A program made the position numbers and the translations under genes. From NCBI GenBank assembly GCA_025594325.1, contig JANHCV010000017.1:186001-250000 (forward strand): a stretch of DNA of 64,000 nucleotides. Direction: 5' to 3'. How positions within the stretch are numbered: position 1 is the stretch's first letter; every line of letters starts with the position of its first letter. The notes beneath the pieces are model-generated. The model was given only the letters and a program-made list of their open reading frames with translations, had not been told where the DNA came from and did no database searches. The DNA is from Blastocladiella emersonii ATCC 22665 (Eukaryota; Fungi; Blastocladiomycota). This document shows, piece after piece, positions 1-11,276 of the stretch.

Positions 1-53
1 GTGCGGGCGTTTGTGCGTGCGTGCCTTGATTCGTCCACCATCATACGCGCAAA

Positions 54-135
54 GTGACCAAGTGACCAAGTGACCAAGTGACCAAGGTGACCAAGGTGAC
101 CAAGGTGACCAAGGTGACCAAGGTGACCAAGTGAC
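54..135. repeat. Mixed 8/9-bp microsatellite (GTGACCAA)3(GTGACCAAG)5(GTGACCAA)GTGAC; one per unit
   Basis: Parsed directly from the sequence; recurs at every unit start. Confidence 0.97.
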
Positions 136-477
136 ACACAAGCACCAAGCTAGGGTGGCCGGGCGGCCATGGAACGTACTGCATGGGAACCATTACCGTG
201 GACTGGCCGCGGCCATTTATCGCAGCACAGCCCTGCCTGGCTCAGGACGCGGCGGGCGTGGGAGGCAGGCAGGGTAGATCGGTAGCAGCAGCAGGACCTG
301 GCTAGCTGGCTGTCAAACAACACAAGTGAAGGGGTGCGTGAGGGAGGGTGTGTTGAATGAATGGATGGGTGGATGCAGGCAGAGAGAGACCTTCATACGT
401 GTCGTGGGTGATGAGGATTGGTTGGCCACCATCCACCAACGCCATGGCATGGCTGCGGGTGTCGCTGCGTGCGCCTT

Positions 478-530
478 GGCGGGTGGTGTTGGTGGGTGGG
501 TGGTCTTGGTGGGTGCTGTGGTGGTAGTGG
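478..530 (+). other. G-rich low-complexity tract (GGT/GGGT), possible G-quadruplex; one per unit
   Basis: 481-540 has 34 G versus 3 C, with four GGG runs and many GG runs. Folding is inferred, not shown. Confidence 0.5.
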
Positions 531-709
531 AGCTAGAGTGGTGCCGTGGGGCTCTTGGGGTCCCCTTTCCTTCCTGTCTGGCCTAGGTGGGTCGGCGGAC
601 GCAGCGCGCATGCGGGCAAGGTAACAACATTGCTCACGCAATGGATCATGTATTTTATGGCAAGTAGTCTGCGAAGCAGAGACGGGGATGTCCGGCCCAA
701 TCGGACCCT

Positions 710-1680
710 CCACGGATCACAATATGCACGCAATGAATTGACTGATGATAGGGATGTACCAAACCAGCCACGTAGACAATTGTCGTGGTTGTCGAACAAA
801 ACCATATTCAAATCTTTGGCAACGCGCCTGTCCAGCTAGCCAGGGACCCATGAATCACAGTATCGACCCAACAAGATACTAGACCATGGTAATATAGTAA
901 ACCAACCTCGTACATAATTGTCATGGTACTCAAACAAAACCATATTCAAGTCTTTGCTTTCCCGCATATCCAGCTGGCCAGGGACCCATAAATCACAGTA
1001 TCGAACGAACAAGATATCTTACCATGGAAATATAGTTAACCAGCCACGCGGACAATTGTCATGGTACTCAATCGAGACCACATTCAAGTCTTTGCTCTCC
1101 CGCATGTCAAGCTGGTTGAAGGCCCATTAATCACAGTATCGACCCAACAAGATATTTGACCATGGAAACATAGTAAACCAGCCACGCGGATAATTGTCAT
1201 GGTACTCAATCAAAACCATATTCATATTTTTGCTTCCCCGTATGTCAAGCTGGTTGAAGACCCATAACTCACAGTATCGACCCAACAAGATATTTGACCA
1301 TGGAAACATAGTAAACCAGCCACGCGGATAATTGTCATGGTACTCAATCAAAACCATATTCATATTTTTGCTTCCCCGCATGTCAAGCTGGTTGAAGACC
1401 CATAAATCACAGTATCGAACCAACAAAATATCTGACCATGGAAATATAGTTAACCAGCCACGCGGACAATTGTCATGGTACTCAATCGAAACCACATTCA
1501 AGTCTTTGCTTCCCCGCATGTCAAGCTGGTTGAAGGCCCATAAATCACAGTATCGAACGAACAAGATATCTTACCATGGAAATATAGTTAACCAGCCACG
1601 CAAATGATTGTCATGCCACTTAATCAAAACCATACTCAAATGGTCGATTACCCTCACGTCCAAGCGGCCAAGGACCCAAA
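710..1680. repeat. 138-bp minisatellite cassette (example in U1; present in every unit with 6-10 full monomers plus degenerate half-monomers at both edges)
   Basis: Monomer consensus TTGTCATGGTACTCAATCAAAACCATATTCAAGTCTTTGCT...CACAGTATCGA...GACCATGGAAATATAGT.AACCAGCCACGCGGA.AA recurs every 138 bp. Monomer E has 55/138 G+C (40%). Confidence 0.98.
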
Positions 1681-2134
1681 CCGCCAGATACCCAAATCTA
1701 CGACCACGTTGCGCACACTCCACTAGCCAACTCTTCGATCCCCTAATTATGGAGCCCGTCGTCAAAGTCCACGGTCCAATCAACGAGGTAAACAGCGAAC
1801 TTGTCAAACTGCCAACCTGCCAACCAAACACCCACGCCGCTTCTCAAGCCACGGTGGGCCCGCGCATTTGCGTTGCCGTCCCAGCCAACGAAGGAATGAC
1901 TGATGAGCCCTGGTAGCCTGCTAGACTGACAGCCTGACAGCGCCCGCTCAGTTGCTATTATCTATCTCGTAGGTAGTCTGGGAGGAGTTCGTTAGTCGAT
2001 ACGCGACCAGTCTCCTCCTGGCTGCCCGCTCTGCTGCCATCTCCAAGGCCCGCATGAAGATGGGCCAGGGAGGTTTACGAGCATTTCCTATCTCTCCTCT
2101 CTCCGTGTGAAACCATTCACCCGCGGACGGATGC

Positions 2135-2218
2135 GCACCACGCACCGTGCACCGCGCACCGCGCACCGCGCACCGCGCACCGTGCACCGCGCACCGCGCA
2201 CCGCGCACAGCGCACCGC
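2135..2218. repeat. Heptamer microsatellite (GCACCGC)n, 12 copies with GCACCAC/GCACCGT/GCACAGC variants; 10 copies in U4-U7 and U22
   Basis: Parsed directly; source of the HRAPRTA/ARCAVRG pseudo-ORFs. Confidence 0.97.
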
Positions 2219-2485
2219 GGACAGCGCCCGATGCACCACACGCTGCGCACACGGCGCCAACGGCCACGCTGGTGTCACGCACACACACTCGCATGAACGG
2301 CAAGCAGGCAAGGCTTCCTCAACTCAACCATGATCCATCGTCCATGTCTGCTCGCTCCAACGGGTGCGCCTGCCTACCCTCCCAGTGCCATCGATTGATT
2401 GATTCATGTCCAGTGCTGCCCATGCTTTCATGGCCGCGGGGTCCGTCAGAACGCCTTGCAATGCGTGCGCCTGCATGCACCTGCA

Positions 2486-2535
2486 CTGCAGAGCGCTGCA
2501 GAGGGCTGCACAGCGCTGCGGAGGGCTGCAGAGGG
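2486..2535. repeat. Decamer repeat (CTGCRSAGSG)5; one per unit
   Basis: CTGCAGAGCG CTGCAGAGGG CTGCACAGCG CTGCGGAGGG CTGCAGAGGG. Confidence 0.9.
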
Positions 2536-2708
2536 CTAAGGCGGCAGGGCTTCTCCTCCTGCAGGGGACAGTACCAAGGCCAAGGAGTGCTAGTGACTAC
2601 TAACGGAATGGTGATTGGCCCCCTTCACACGCTCCTGGCAGGACTGCGTGTGGGCGTGCGGGCGTTTGTGCGTGCGTGCCTTGATTCGTCCACCATCATA
2701 CGCGCAAA

Positions 2709-5363
2709 GTGACCAAGTGACCAAGTGACCAAGTGACCAAGGTGACCAAGGTGACCAAGGTGACCAAGGTGACCAAGGTGACCAAGTGACACACAAGCAC
2801 CAAGCTAGGGTGGCCGGGCGGCCATGGAACGTACTGCATGGGAACCATTACCGTGGACTGGCCGCGGCCATTTATCGCAGCACAGCCCTGCCTGGCTCAG
2901 GACGCGGCGGGCGTGGGAGGCAGGCAGGGTAGATCGGTAGCAGCAGCAGGACCTGGCTAGCTGGCTGTCAAACAACACAAGTGAAGGGGTGCGTGAGGGA
3001 GGGTGTGTTGAATGAATGGATGGGTGGATGCAGGCAGAGAGAGACCTTCATACGTGTCGTGGGTGATGAGGATTGGTTGGCCACCATCCACCAACGCCAT
3101 GGCATGGCTGCGGGTGTCGCTGCGTGCGCCTTGGCGGGTGGTGTTGGTGGGTGGGTGGTCTTGGTGGGTGCTGTGGTGGTAGTGGAGCTAGAGTGGTGCC
3201 GTGGGGCTCTTGGGGTCCCCTTTCCTTCCTGTCTGGCCTAGGTGGGTCGGCGGACGCAGCGCGCATGCGGGCAAGGTAACAACATTGCTCACGCAATGGA
3301 TCATGTATTTTATGGCAAGTAGTCTGCGAAGCAGAGACGGGGATGTCCGGCCCAATCGGACCCTCCACGGATCACAATATGCACGCAATGAATTGACTGA
3401 TGATAGGGATGTACCAAACCAGCCACGTAGACAATTGTCGTGGTTGTCGAACAAAACCATATTCAAATCTTTGGCAACGCGCCTGTCCAGCTAGCCAGGG
3501 ACCCATGAATCACAGTATCGACCCAACAAGATACTAGACCATGGTAATATAGTAAACCAACCTCGTACATAATTGTCATGGTACTCAAACAAAACCATAT
3601 TCAAGTCTTTGCTTTCCCGCATATCCAGCTGGCCAGGGACCCATAAATCACAGTATCGAACGAACAAGATATCTTACCATGGAAATATAGTTAACCAGCC
3701 ACGCGGACAATTGTCATGGTACTCAATCGAGACCACATTCAAGTCTTTGCTCTCCCGCATGTCAAGCTGGTTGAAGGCCCATTAATCACAGTATCGACCC
3801 AACAAGATATTTGACCATGGAAACATAGTAAACCAGCCACGCGGATAATTGTCATGGTACTCAATCAAAACCATATTCATATTTTTGCTTCCCCGTATGT
3901 CAAGCTGGTTGAAGACCCATAACTCACAGTATCGACCCAACAAGATATTTGACCATGGAAACATAGTAAACCAGCCACGCGGATAATTGTCATGGTACTC
4001 AATCAAAACCATATTCATATTTTTGCTTCCCCGCATGTCAAGCTGGTTGAAGACCCATAAATCACAGTATCGAACCAACAAAATATCTGACCATGGAAAT
4101 ATAGTTAACCAGCCACGCGGACAATTGTCATGGTACTCAATCGAAACCACATTCAAGTCTTTGCTTCCCCGCATGTCAAGCTGGTTGAAGGCCCATAAAT
4201 CACAGTATCGAACGAACAAGATATCTTACCATGGAAATATAGTTAACCAGCCACGCAAATGATTGTCATGCCACTTAATCAAAACCATACTCAAATGGTC
4301 GATTACCCTCACGTCCAAGCGGCCAAGGACCCAAACCGCCAGATACCCAAATCTACGACCACGTTGCGCACACTCCACTAGCCAACTCTTCGATCCCCTA
4401 ATTATGGAGCCCGTCGTCAAAGTCCACGGTCCAATCAACGAGGTAAACAGCGAACTTGTCAAACTGCCAACCTGCCAACCAAACACCCACGCCGCTTCTC
4501 AAGCCACGGTGGGCCCGCGCATTTGCGTTGCCGTCCCAGCCAACGAAGGAATGACTGATGAGCCCTGGTAGCCTGCTAGACTGACAGCCTGACAGCGCCC
4601 GCTCAGTTGCTATTATCTATCTCGTAGGTAGTCTGGGAGGAGTTCGTTAGTCGATACGCGACCAGTCTCCTCCTGGCTGCCCGCTCTGCTGCCATCTCCA
4701 AGGCCCGCATGAAGATGGGCCAGGGAGGTTTACGAGCATTTCCTATCTCTCCTCTCTCCGTGTGAAACCATTCACCCGCGGACGGATGCGCACCACGCAC
4801 CGTGCACCGCGCACCGCGCACCGCGCACCGCGCACCGTGCACCGCGCACCGCGCACCGCGCACAGCGCACCGCGGACAGCGCCCGATGCACCACACGCTG
4901 CGCACACGGCGCCAACGGCCACGCTGGTGTCACGCACACACACTCGCATGAACGGCAAGCAGGCAAGGCTTCCTCAACTCAACCATGATCCATCGTCCAT
5001 GTCTGCTCGCTCCAACGGGTGCGCCTGCCTACCCTCCCAGTGCCATCGATTGATTGATTCATGTCCAGTGCTGCCCATGCTTTCATGGCCGCGGGGTCCG
5101 TCAGAACGCCTTGCAATGCGTGCGCCTGCATGCACCTGCACTGCAGAGCGCTGCAGAGGGCTGCACAGCGCTGCGGAGGGCTGCAGAGGGCTAAGGCGGC
5201 AGGGCTTCTCCTCCTGCAGGGGACAGTACCAAGGCCAAGGAGTGCTAGTGACTACTAACGGAATGGTGATTGGCCCCCTTCACACGCTCCTGGCAGGACT
5301 GCGTGTGGGCGTGCGGGCGTTTGTGCGTGCGTGCCTTGATTCGTCCACCATCATACGCGCAAA
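2709..5363. repeat. Unit U2, 2655 bp; same type as U1
   Basis: All ORFs are offset exactly 2655 from U1 with identical translations. Confidence 0.95.
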
Positions 5364-8018
5364 GTGACCAAGTGACCAAGTGACCAAGTGACCAAGGTGA
5401 CCAAGGTGACCAAGGTGACCAAGGTGACCAAGGTGACCAAGTGACACACAAGCACCAAGCTAGGGTGGCCGGGCGGCCATGGAACGTACTGCATGGGAAC
5501 CATTACCGTGGACTGGCCGCGGCCATTTATCGCAGCACAGCCCTGCCTGGCTCAGGACGCGGCGGGCGTGGGAGGCAGGCAGGGTAGATCGGTAGCAGCA
5601 GCAGGACCTGGCTAGCTGGCTGTCAAACAACACAAGTGAAGGGGTGCGTGAGGGAGGGTGTGTTGAATGAATGGATGGGTGGATGCAGGCAGAGAGAGAC
5701 CTTCATACGTGTCGTGGGTGATGAGGATTGGTTGGCCACCATCCACCAACGCCATGGCATGGCTGCGGGTGTCGCTGCGTGCGCCTTGGCGGGTGGTGTT
5801 GGTGGGTGGGTGGTCTTGGTGGGTGCTGTGGTGGTAGTGGAGCTAGAGTGGTGCCGTGGGGCTCTTGGGGTCCCCTTTCCTTCCTGTCTGGCCTAGGTGG
5901 GTCGGCGGACGCAGCGCGCATGCGGGCAAGGTAACAACATTGCTCACGCAATGGATCATGTATTTTATGGCAAGTAGTCTGCGAAGCAGAGACGGGGATG
6001 TCCGGCCCAATCGGACCCTCCACGGATCACAATATGCACGCAATGAATTGACTGATGATAGGGATGTACCAAACCAGCCACGTAGACAATTGTCGTGGTT
6101 GTCGAACAAAACCATATTCAAATCTTTGGCAACGCGCCTGTCCAGCTAGCCAGGGACCCATGAATCACAGTATCGACCCAACAAGATACTAGACCATGGT
6201 AATATAGTAAACCAACCTCGTACATAATTGTCATGGTACTCAAACAAAACCATATTCAAGTCTTTGCTTTCCCGCATATCCAGCTGGCCAGGGACCCATA
6301 AATCACAGTATCGAACGAACAAGATATCTTACCATGGAAATATAGTTAACCAGCCACGCGGACAATTGTCATGGTACTCAATCGAGACCACATTCAAGTC
6401 TTTGCTCTCCCGCATGTCAAGCTGGTTGAAGGCCCATTAATCACAGTATCGACCCAACAAGATATTTGACCATGGAAACATAGTAAACCAGCCACGCGGA
6501 TAATTGTCATGGTACTCAATCAAAACCATATTCATATTTTTGCTTCCCCGTATGTCAAGCTGGTTGAAGACCCATAACTCACAGTATCGACCCAACAAGA
6601 TATTTGACCATGGAAACATAGTAAACCAGCCACGCGGATAATTGTCATGGTACTCAATCAAAACCATATTCATATTTTTGCTTCCCCGCATGTCAAGCTG
6701 GTTGAAGACCCATAAATCACAGTATCGAACCAACAAAATATCTGACCATGGAAATATAGTTAACCAGCCACGCGGACAATTGTCATGGTACTCAATCGAA
6801 ACCACATTCAAGTCTTTGCTTCCCCGCATGTCAAGCTGGTTGAAGGCCCATAAATCACAGTATCGAACGAACAAGATATCTTACCATGGAAATATAGTTA
6901 ACCAGCCACGCAAATGATTGTCATGCCACTTAATCAAAACCATACTCAAATGGTCGATTACCCTCACGTCCAAGCGGCCAAGGACCCAAACCGCCAGATA
7001 CCCAAATCTACGACCACGTTGCGCACACTCCACTAGCCAACTCTTCGATCCCCTAATTATGGAGCCCGTCGTCAAAGTCCACGGTCCAATCAACGAGGTA
7101 AACAGCGAACTTGTCAAACTGCCAACCTGCCAACCAAACACCCACGCCGCTTCTCAAGCCACGGTGGGCCCGCGCATTTGCGTTGCCGTCCCAGCCAACG
7201 AAGGAATGACTGATGAGCCCTGGTAGCCTGCTAGACTGACAGCCTGACAGCGCCCGCTCAGTTGCTATTATCTATCTCGTAGGTAGTCTGGGAGGAGTTC
7301 GTTAGTCGATACGCGACCAGTCTCCTCCTGGCTGCCCGCTCTGCTGCCATCTCCAAGGCCCGCATGAAGATGGGCCAGGGAGGTTTACGAGCATTTCCTA
7401 TCTCTCCTCTCTCCGTGTGAAACCATTCACCCGCGGACGGATGCGCACCACGCACCGTGCACCGCGCACCGCGCACCGCGCACCGCGCACCGTGCACCGC
7501 GCACCGCGCACCGCGCACAGCGCACCGCGGACAGCGCCCGATGCACCACACGCTGCGCACACGGCGCCAACGGCCACGCTGGTGTCACGCACACACACTC
7601 GCATGAACGGCAAGCAGGCAAGGCTTCCTCAACTCAACCATGATCCATCGTCCATGTCTGCTCGCTCCAACGGGTGCGCCTGCCTACCCTCCCAGTGCCA
7701 TCGATTGATTGATTCATGTCCAGTGCTGCCCATGCTTTCATGGCCGCGGGGTCCGTCAGAACGCCTTGCAATGCGTGCGCCTGCATGCACCTGCACTGCA
7801 GAGCGCTGCAGAGGGCTGCACAGCGCTGCGGAGGGCTGCAGAGGGCTAAGGCGGCAGGGCTTCTCCTCCTGCAGGGGACAGTACCAAGGCCAAGGAGTGC
7901 TAGTGACTACTAACGGAATGGTGATTGGCCCCCTTCACACGCTCCTGGCAGGACTGCGTGTGGGCGTGCGGGCGTTTGTGCGTGCGTGCCTTGATTCGTC
8001 CACCATCATACGCGCAAA
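5364..8018. repeat. Unit U3, 2655 bp; same type as U1
   Basis: All ORFs are offset exactly 5310 from U1 with identical translations. Confidence 0.95.
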
Positions 8019-10797
8019 GTGACCAAGTGACCAAGTGACCAAGTGACCAAGGTGACCAAGGTGACCAAGGTGACCAAGGTGACCAAGGTGACCAAGTGAC
8101 ACACAAGCACCAAGCTAGGGTGGCCGGGCGGCCATGGAACGTACTGCATGGGAACCATTACCGTGGACTGGCCGCGGCCATTTATCGCAGCACAGCCCTG
8201 CCTGGCTCAGGACGCGGCGGGCGTGGGAGGCAGGCAGGGTAGATCGGTAGCAGCAGCAGGACCTGGCTAGCTGGCTGTCAAACAACACAAGTGAAGGGGT
8301 GCGTGAGGGAGGGTGTGTTGAATGAATGGATGGGTGGATGCAGGCAGAGAGAGACCTTCATACGTGTCGTGGGTGATGAGGATTGGTTGGCCACCATCCA
8401 CCAACGCCATGGCATGGCTGCGGGTGTCGCTGCGTGCGCCTTGGCGGGTGGTGTTGGTGGGTGGGTGGTCTTGGTGGGTGCTGTGGTGGTAGTGGAGCTA
8501 GAGTGGTGCCGTGGGGCTCTTGGGGTCCCCTTTCCTTCCTGTCTGGCCTAGGTGGGTCGGCGGACGCAGCGCGCATGCGGGCAAGGTAACAACATTGCTC
8601 ACGCAATGGATCATGTATTTTATGGCAAGTAGTCTGCGAAGCAGAGACGGGGATGTCCGGCCCAATCGGACCCTCCACGGATCACAATATGCACGCAATG
8701 AATTGACTGATGATAGGGATGTACCAAACCAGCCACGTAGACAATTGTCGTGGTTGTCGAACAAAACCATATTCAAATCTTTGGCAACGCGCCTGTCCAG
8801 CTAGCCAGGGACCCATGAATCACAGTATCGACCCAACAAGATACTAGACCATGGTAATATAGTAAACCAACCTCGTACATAATTGTCATGGTACTCAAAC
8901 AAAACCATATTCAAGTCTTTGCTTTCCCGCATATCCAGCTGGCCAGGGACCCATAAATCACGGTATCGAACGAACAAGATATCTTACCATGGAAATATAG
9001 TTAACCAGCCACGCGGACAATTGTCATGGTACTCAATCGAGACCACATTCAAGTCTTTGCTCTCCCGCATGTCAAGCTGGTTGAAGGCCCATTAATCACA
9101 GTATCGACCCAACAAGATATTTGACCATGGAAACATAGTAAACCAGCCACGCGGATAATTGTCATGGTACTCAATCAAAACCATATCCATATTTTTTTTT
9201 CCCCGTATGTCAAGCTGGTTGAAGACCCATAACTCACAGTATCGACCCAACAAGATATTTGACCATGGAAACATAGTAAACCAGCCACGCGGATAATTGT
9301 CATGGTACTCAATCAAAACCATATTCAAGTCTTTGCTTTCCCGCACGTCCAGCTGGTTGAAGGCCCATAAATCACAGTATCGACCCAACAAAGTATCTGA
9401 CAACCGAAATATAGCAGACAATCCACGCAGACAATTGTCATGCCACCTAATCAAAACCATATTCAAGTCTTTGCTTTCCCACATGTCAAGCTGGTTGAAG
9501 GCCCATAAATCACAGTATCGAACCAACGAAATATCTGACCATGGAAATATAGTAAAGCAGCCACGCAGATAATTGTCATGGTACTTAATCAAAACCATAT
9601 TCATATTTTTGCTTCCCCGCATGTCAAGCTGGTTGAAGGCCCATAAATCACAGTATCGAACGAACAAGATATCTTACCATGGAAATATAGTTAACCAGCC
9701 ACGCAAATGATTGTCATGCCACTTAATCAAAACCATACTCAAATGGTCGATTACCCTCACGTCCAAGCGGCCAAGGACCCAAACCGCCAGATACCCAAAT
9801 CTACGACCACGTTGCGCACACTCCACTAGCCAACTCTTCGATCCCCTAATTATGGAGCCCGTCGTCAAAGTCCACGGTCCAATCAACGAGGTAAACAGCG
9901 AACTTGTCAAACTGCCAACCTGCCAACCAAACACCCACGCCGCTTCTCAAGCCACGGTGGGCCCGCGCATTTGCGTTGCCGTCCCAGCCAACGAAGGAAT
10001 GACTGATGAGCCCTGGTAGCCTGCTAGACTGACAGCCTGACAGCGCCCGCTCAGTTGCTATTATCTATCTCGTAGGTAGTCTGGGAGGAGTTCGTTAGTC
10101 GATACGCGACCAGTCTCCTCCTGGCTGCCCGCTCTGCTGCCATCTCCAAGGCCCGCATGAAGATGGGCCAGGGAGGTTTACGAGCATTTCCTATCTCTCC
10201 TCTCTCCGTGTGAAACCATTCACCCGCGGACGGATGCGCACCACGCACCGTGCACCGCGCACCGCGCACCGCGCACCGCGCACCGCGCACCGCGCACAGC
10301 GCACCGCGGACAGCGCCCGATGCACCACACGCTGCGCACACGGCGCCAACGGCCACGCTGGTGTCACGCACACACACTCGCATGAACGGCAAGCAGGCAA
10401 GGCTTCCTCAACTCAACCATGATCCATCGTCCATGTCTGCTCGCTCCAACGGGTGCGCCTGCCTACCCTCCCAGTGCCATCGATTGATTGATTCATGTCC
10501 AGTGCTGCCCATGCTTTCATGGCCGCGGGGTCCGTCAGAACGCCTTGCAATGCGTGCGCCTGCATGCACCTGCACTGCAGAGCGCTGCAGAGGGCTGCAC
10601 AGCGCTGCGGAGGGCTGCAGAGGGCTAAGGCGGCAGGGCTTCTCCTCCTGCAGGGGACAGTACCAAGGCCAAGGAGTGCTAGTGACTACTAACGGAATGG
10701 TGATTGGCCCCCTTCACACGCTCCTGGCAGGACTGCGTGTGGGCGTGCGGGCGTTTGTGCGTGCGTGCCTTGATTCGTCCACCATCATACGCGCAAA
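8019..10797. repeat. Unit U4, 2779 bp; A-B'-C-D*-G-H-I (7); 10 heptamers
   Basis: Monomer starts 8745-9573, J at 9711; private T9 variant at 9192-9200. Confidence 0.93.
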
Positions 10798-11276
10798 GTG
10801 ACCAAGTGACCAAGTGACCAAGTGACCAAGGTGACCAAGGTGACCAAGGTGACCAAGGTGACCAAGGTGACCAAGTGACACACAAGCACCAAGCTAGGGT
10901 GGCCGGGCGGCCATGGAACGTACTGCATGGGAACCATTACCGTGGACTGGCCGCGGCCATTTATCGCAGCACAGCCCTGCCTGGCTCAGGACGCGGCGGG
11001 CGTGGGAGGCAGGCAGGGTAGATCGGTAGCAGCAGCAGGACCTGGCTAGCTGGCTGTCAAACAACACAAGTGAAGGGGTGCGTGAGGGAGGGTGTGTTGA
11101 ATGAATGGATGGGTGGATGCAGGCAGAGAGAGACCTTCATACGTGTCGTGGGTGATGAGGATTGGTTGGCCACCATCCACCAACGCCATGGCATGGCTGC
11201 GGGTGTCGCTGCGTGCGCCTTGGCGGGTGGTGTTGGTGGGTGGGTGGTCTTGGTGGGTGCTGTGGTGGTAGTGGAG

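Larger units (their letters stand above)
54..2708. repeat. Unit U1, 2655 bp; monomers A-B-C-D-E-F/I chimera (6); 12 heptamers
   Basis: Unit boundary set arbitrarily at the first GTGACCAA. Monomer starts at 780, 918, 1056, 1194, 1332, 1470; partial J at 1608. Confidence 0.95.

Noticed and set aside
54-135. Interstitial telomeric repeat
   Set aside because: GTGACCAA(G)/(C)TTGGTCAC lacks the G-run strand typical of telomere motifs and matches none I recognise.
150-169. Helitron 3' terminus (hairpin + CTAG on the minus strand)
   Set aside because: The hairpin lies only 2 nt from CTAG, the next base is not T, and no Rep/helicase coding sequence is present.
326-839. Overlapping 68-106 aa ORFs in the G-rich flank
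   Set aside because: Multiple frames on both strands are open because of GC-rich low complexity; there is no recognisable protein signature.
1194-1270. LRR-like IIVMVLNQNHI motif in a third plus-strand frame
   Set aside because: It fits LxxLxLxxNxL, but that frame has stops in every monomer and is the in-register antisense of the minus frame; treated as chance.
710-1680. CRISPR-like array
   Set aside because: Monomers are homologous over their entire 138 bp, with no unique spacers and no cas genes.
918-1916. Plus-strand MSWYSIKTIFKSLL... ORFs
   Set aside because: TTG starts and stops at the end of most monomer types, so this frame is more interrupted than the minus frame. It is not formally excluded because it shares wobble positions with that frame.
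1900-1945. CTGATGA (hammerhead core or box C) followed by CTGA; also CTGATGA at 742-748
   Set aside because: No GAAA and stem II/III arrangement for a hammerhead, and the C-to-D spacing is too short for a box C/D snoRNA. The 742 copy is simply part of the degenerate half-monomer.
2088-2712. 201-aa ORF (MKPFTRG...HRAPRTA...) and overlapping ARCAVRG ORFs, repeated in each unit
   Set aside because: Translations of the GCACCGC and CTGCAGAG microsatellites. A -14 bp change shifts the frame in U4-U7, the ORF starts at GTG, and there is no domain similarity.
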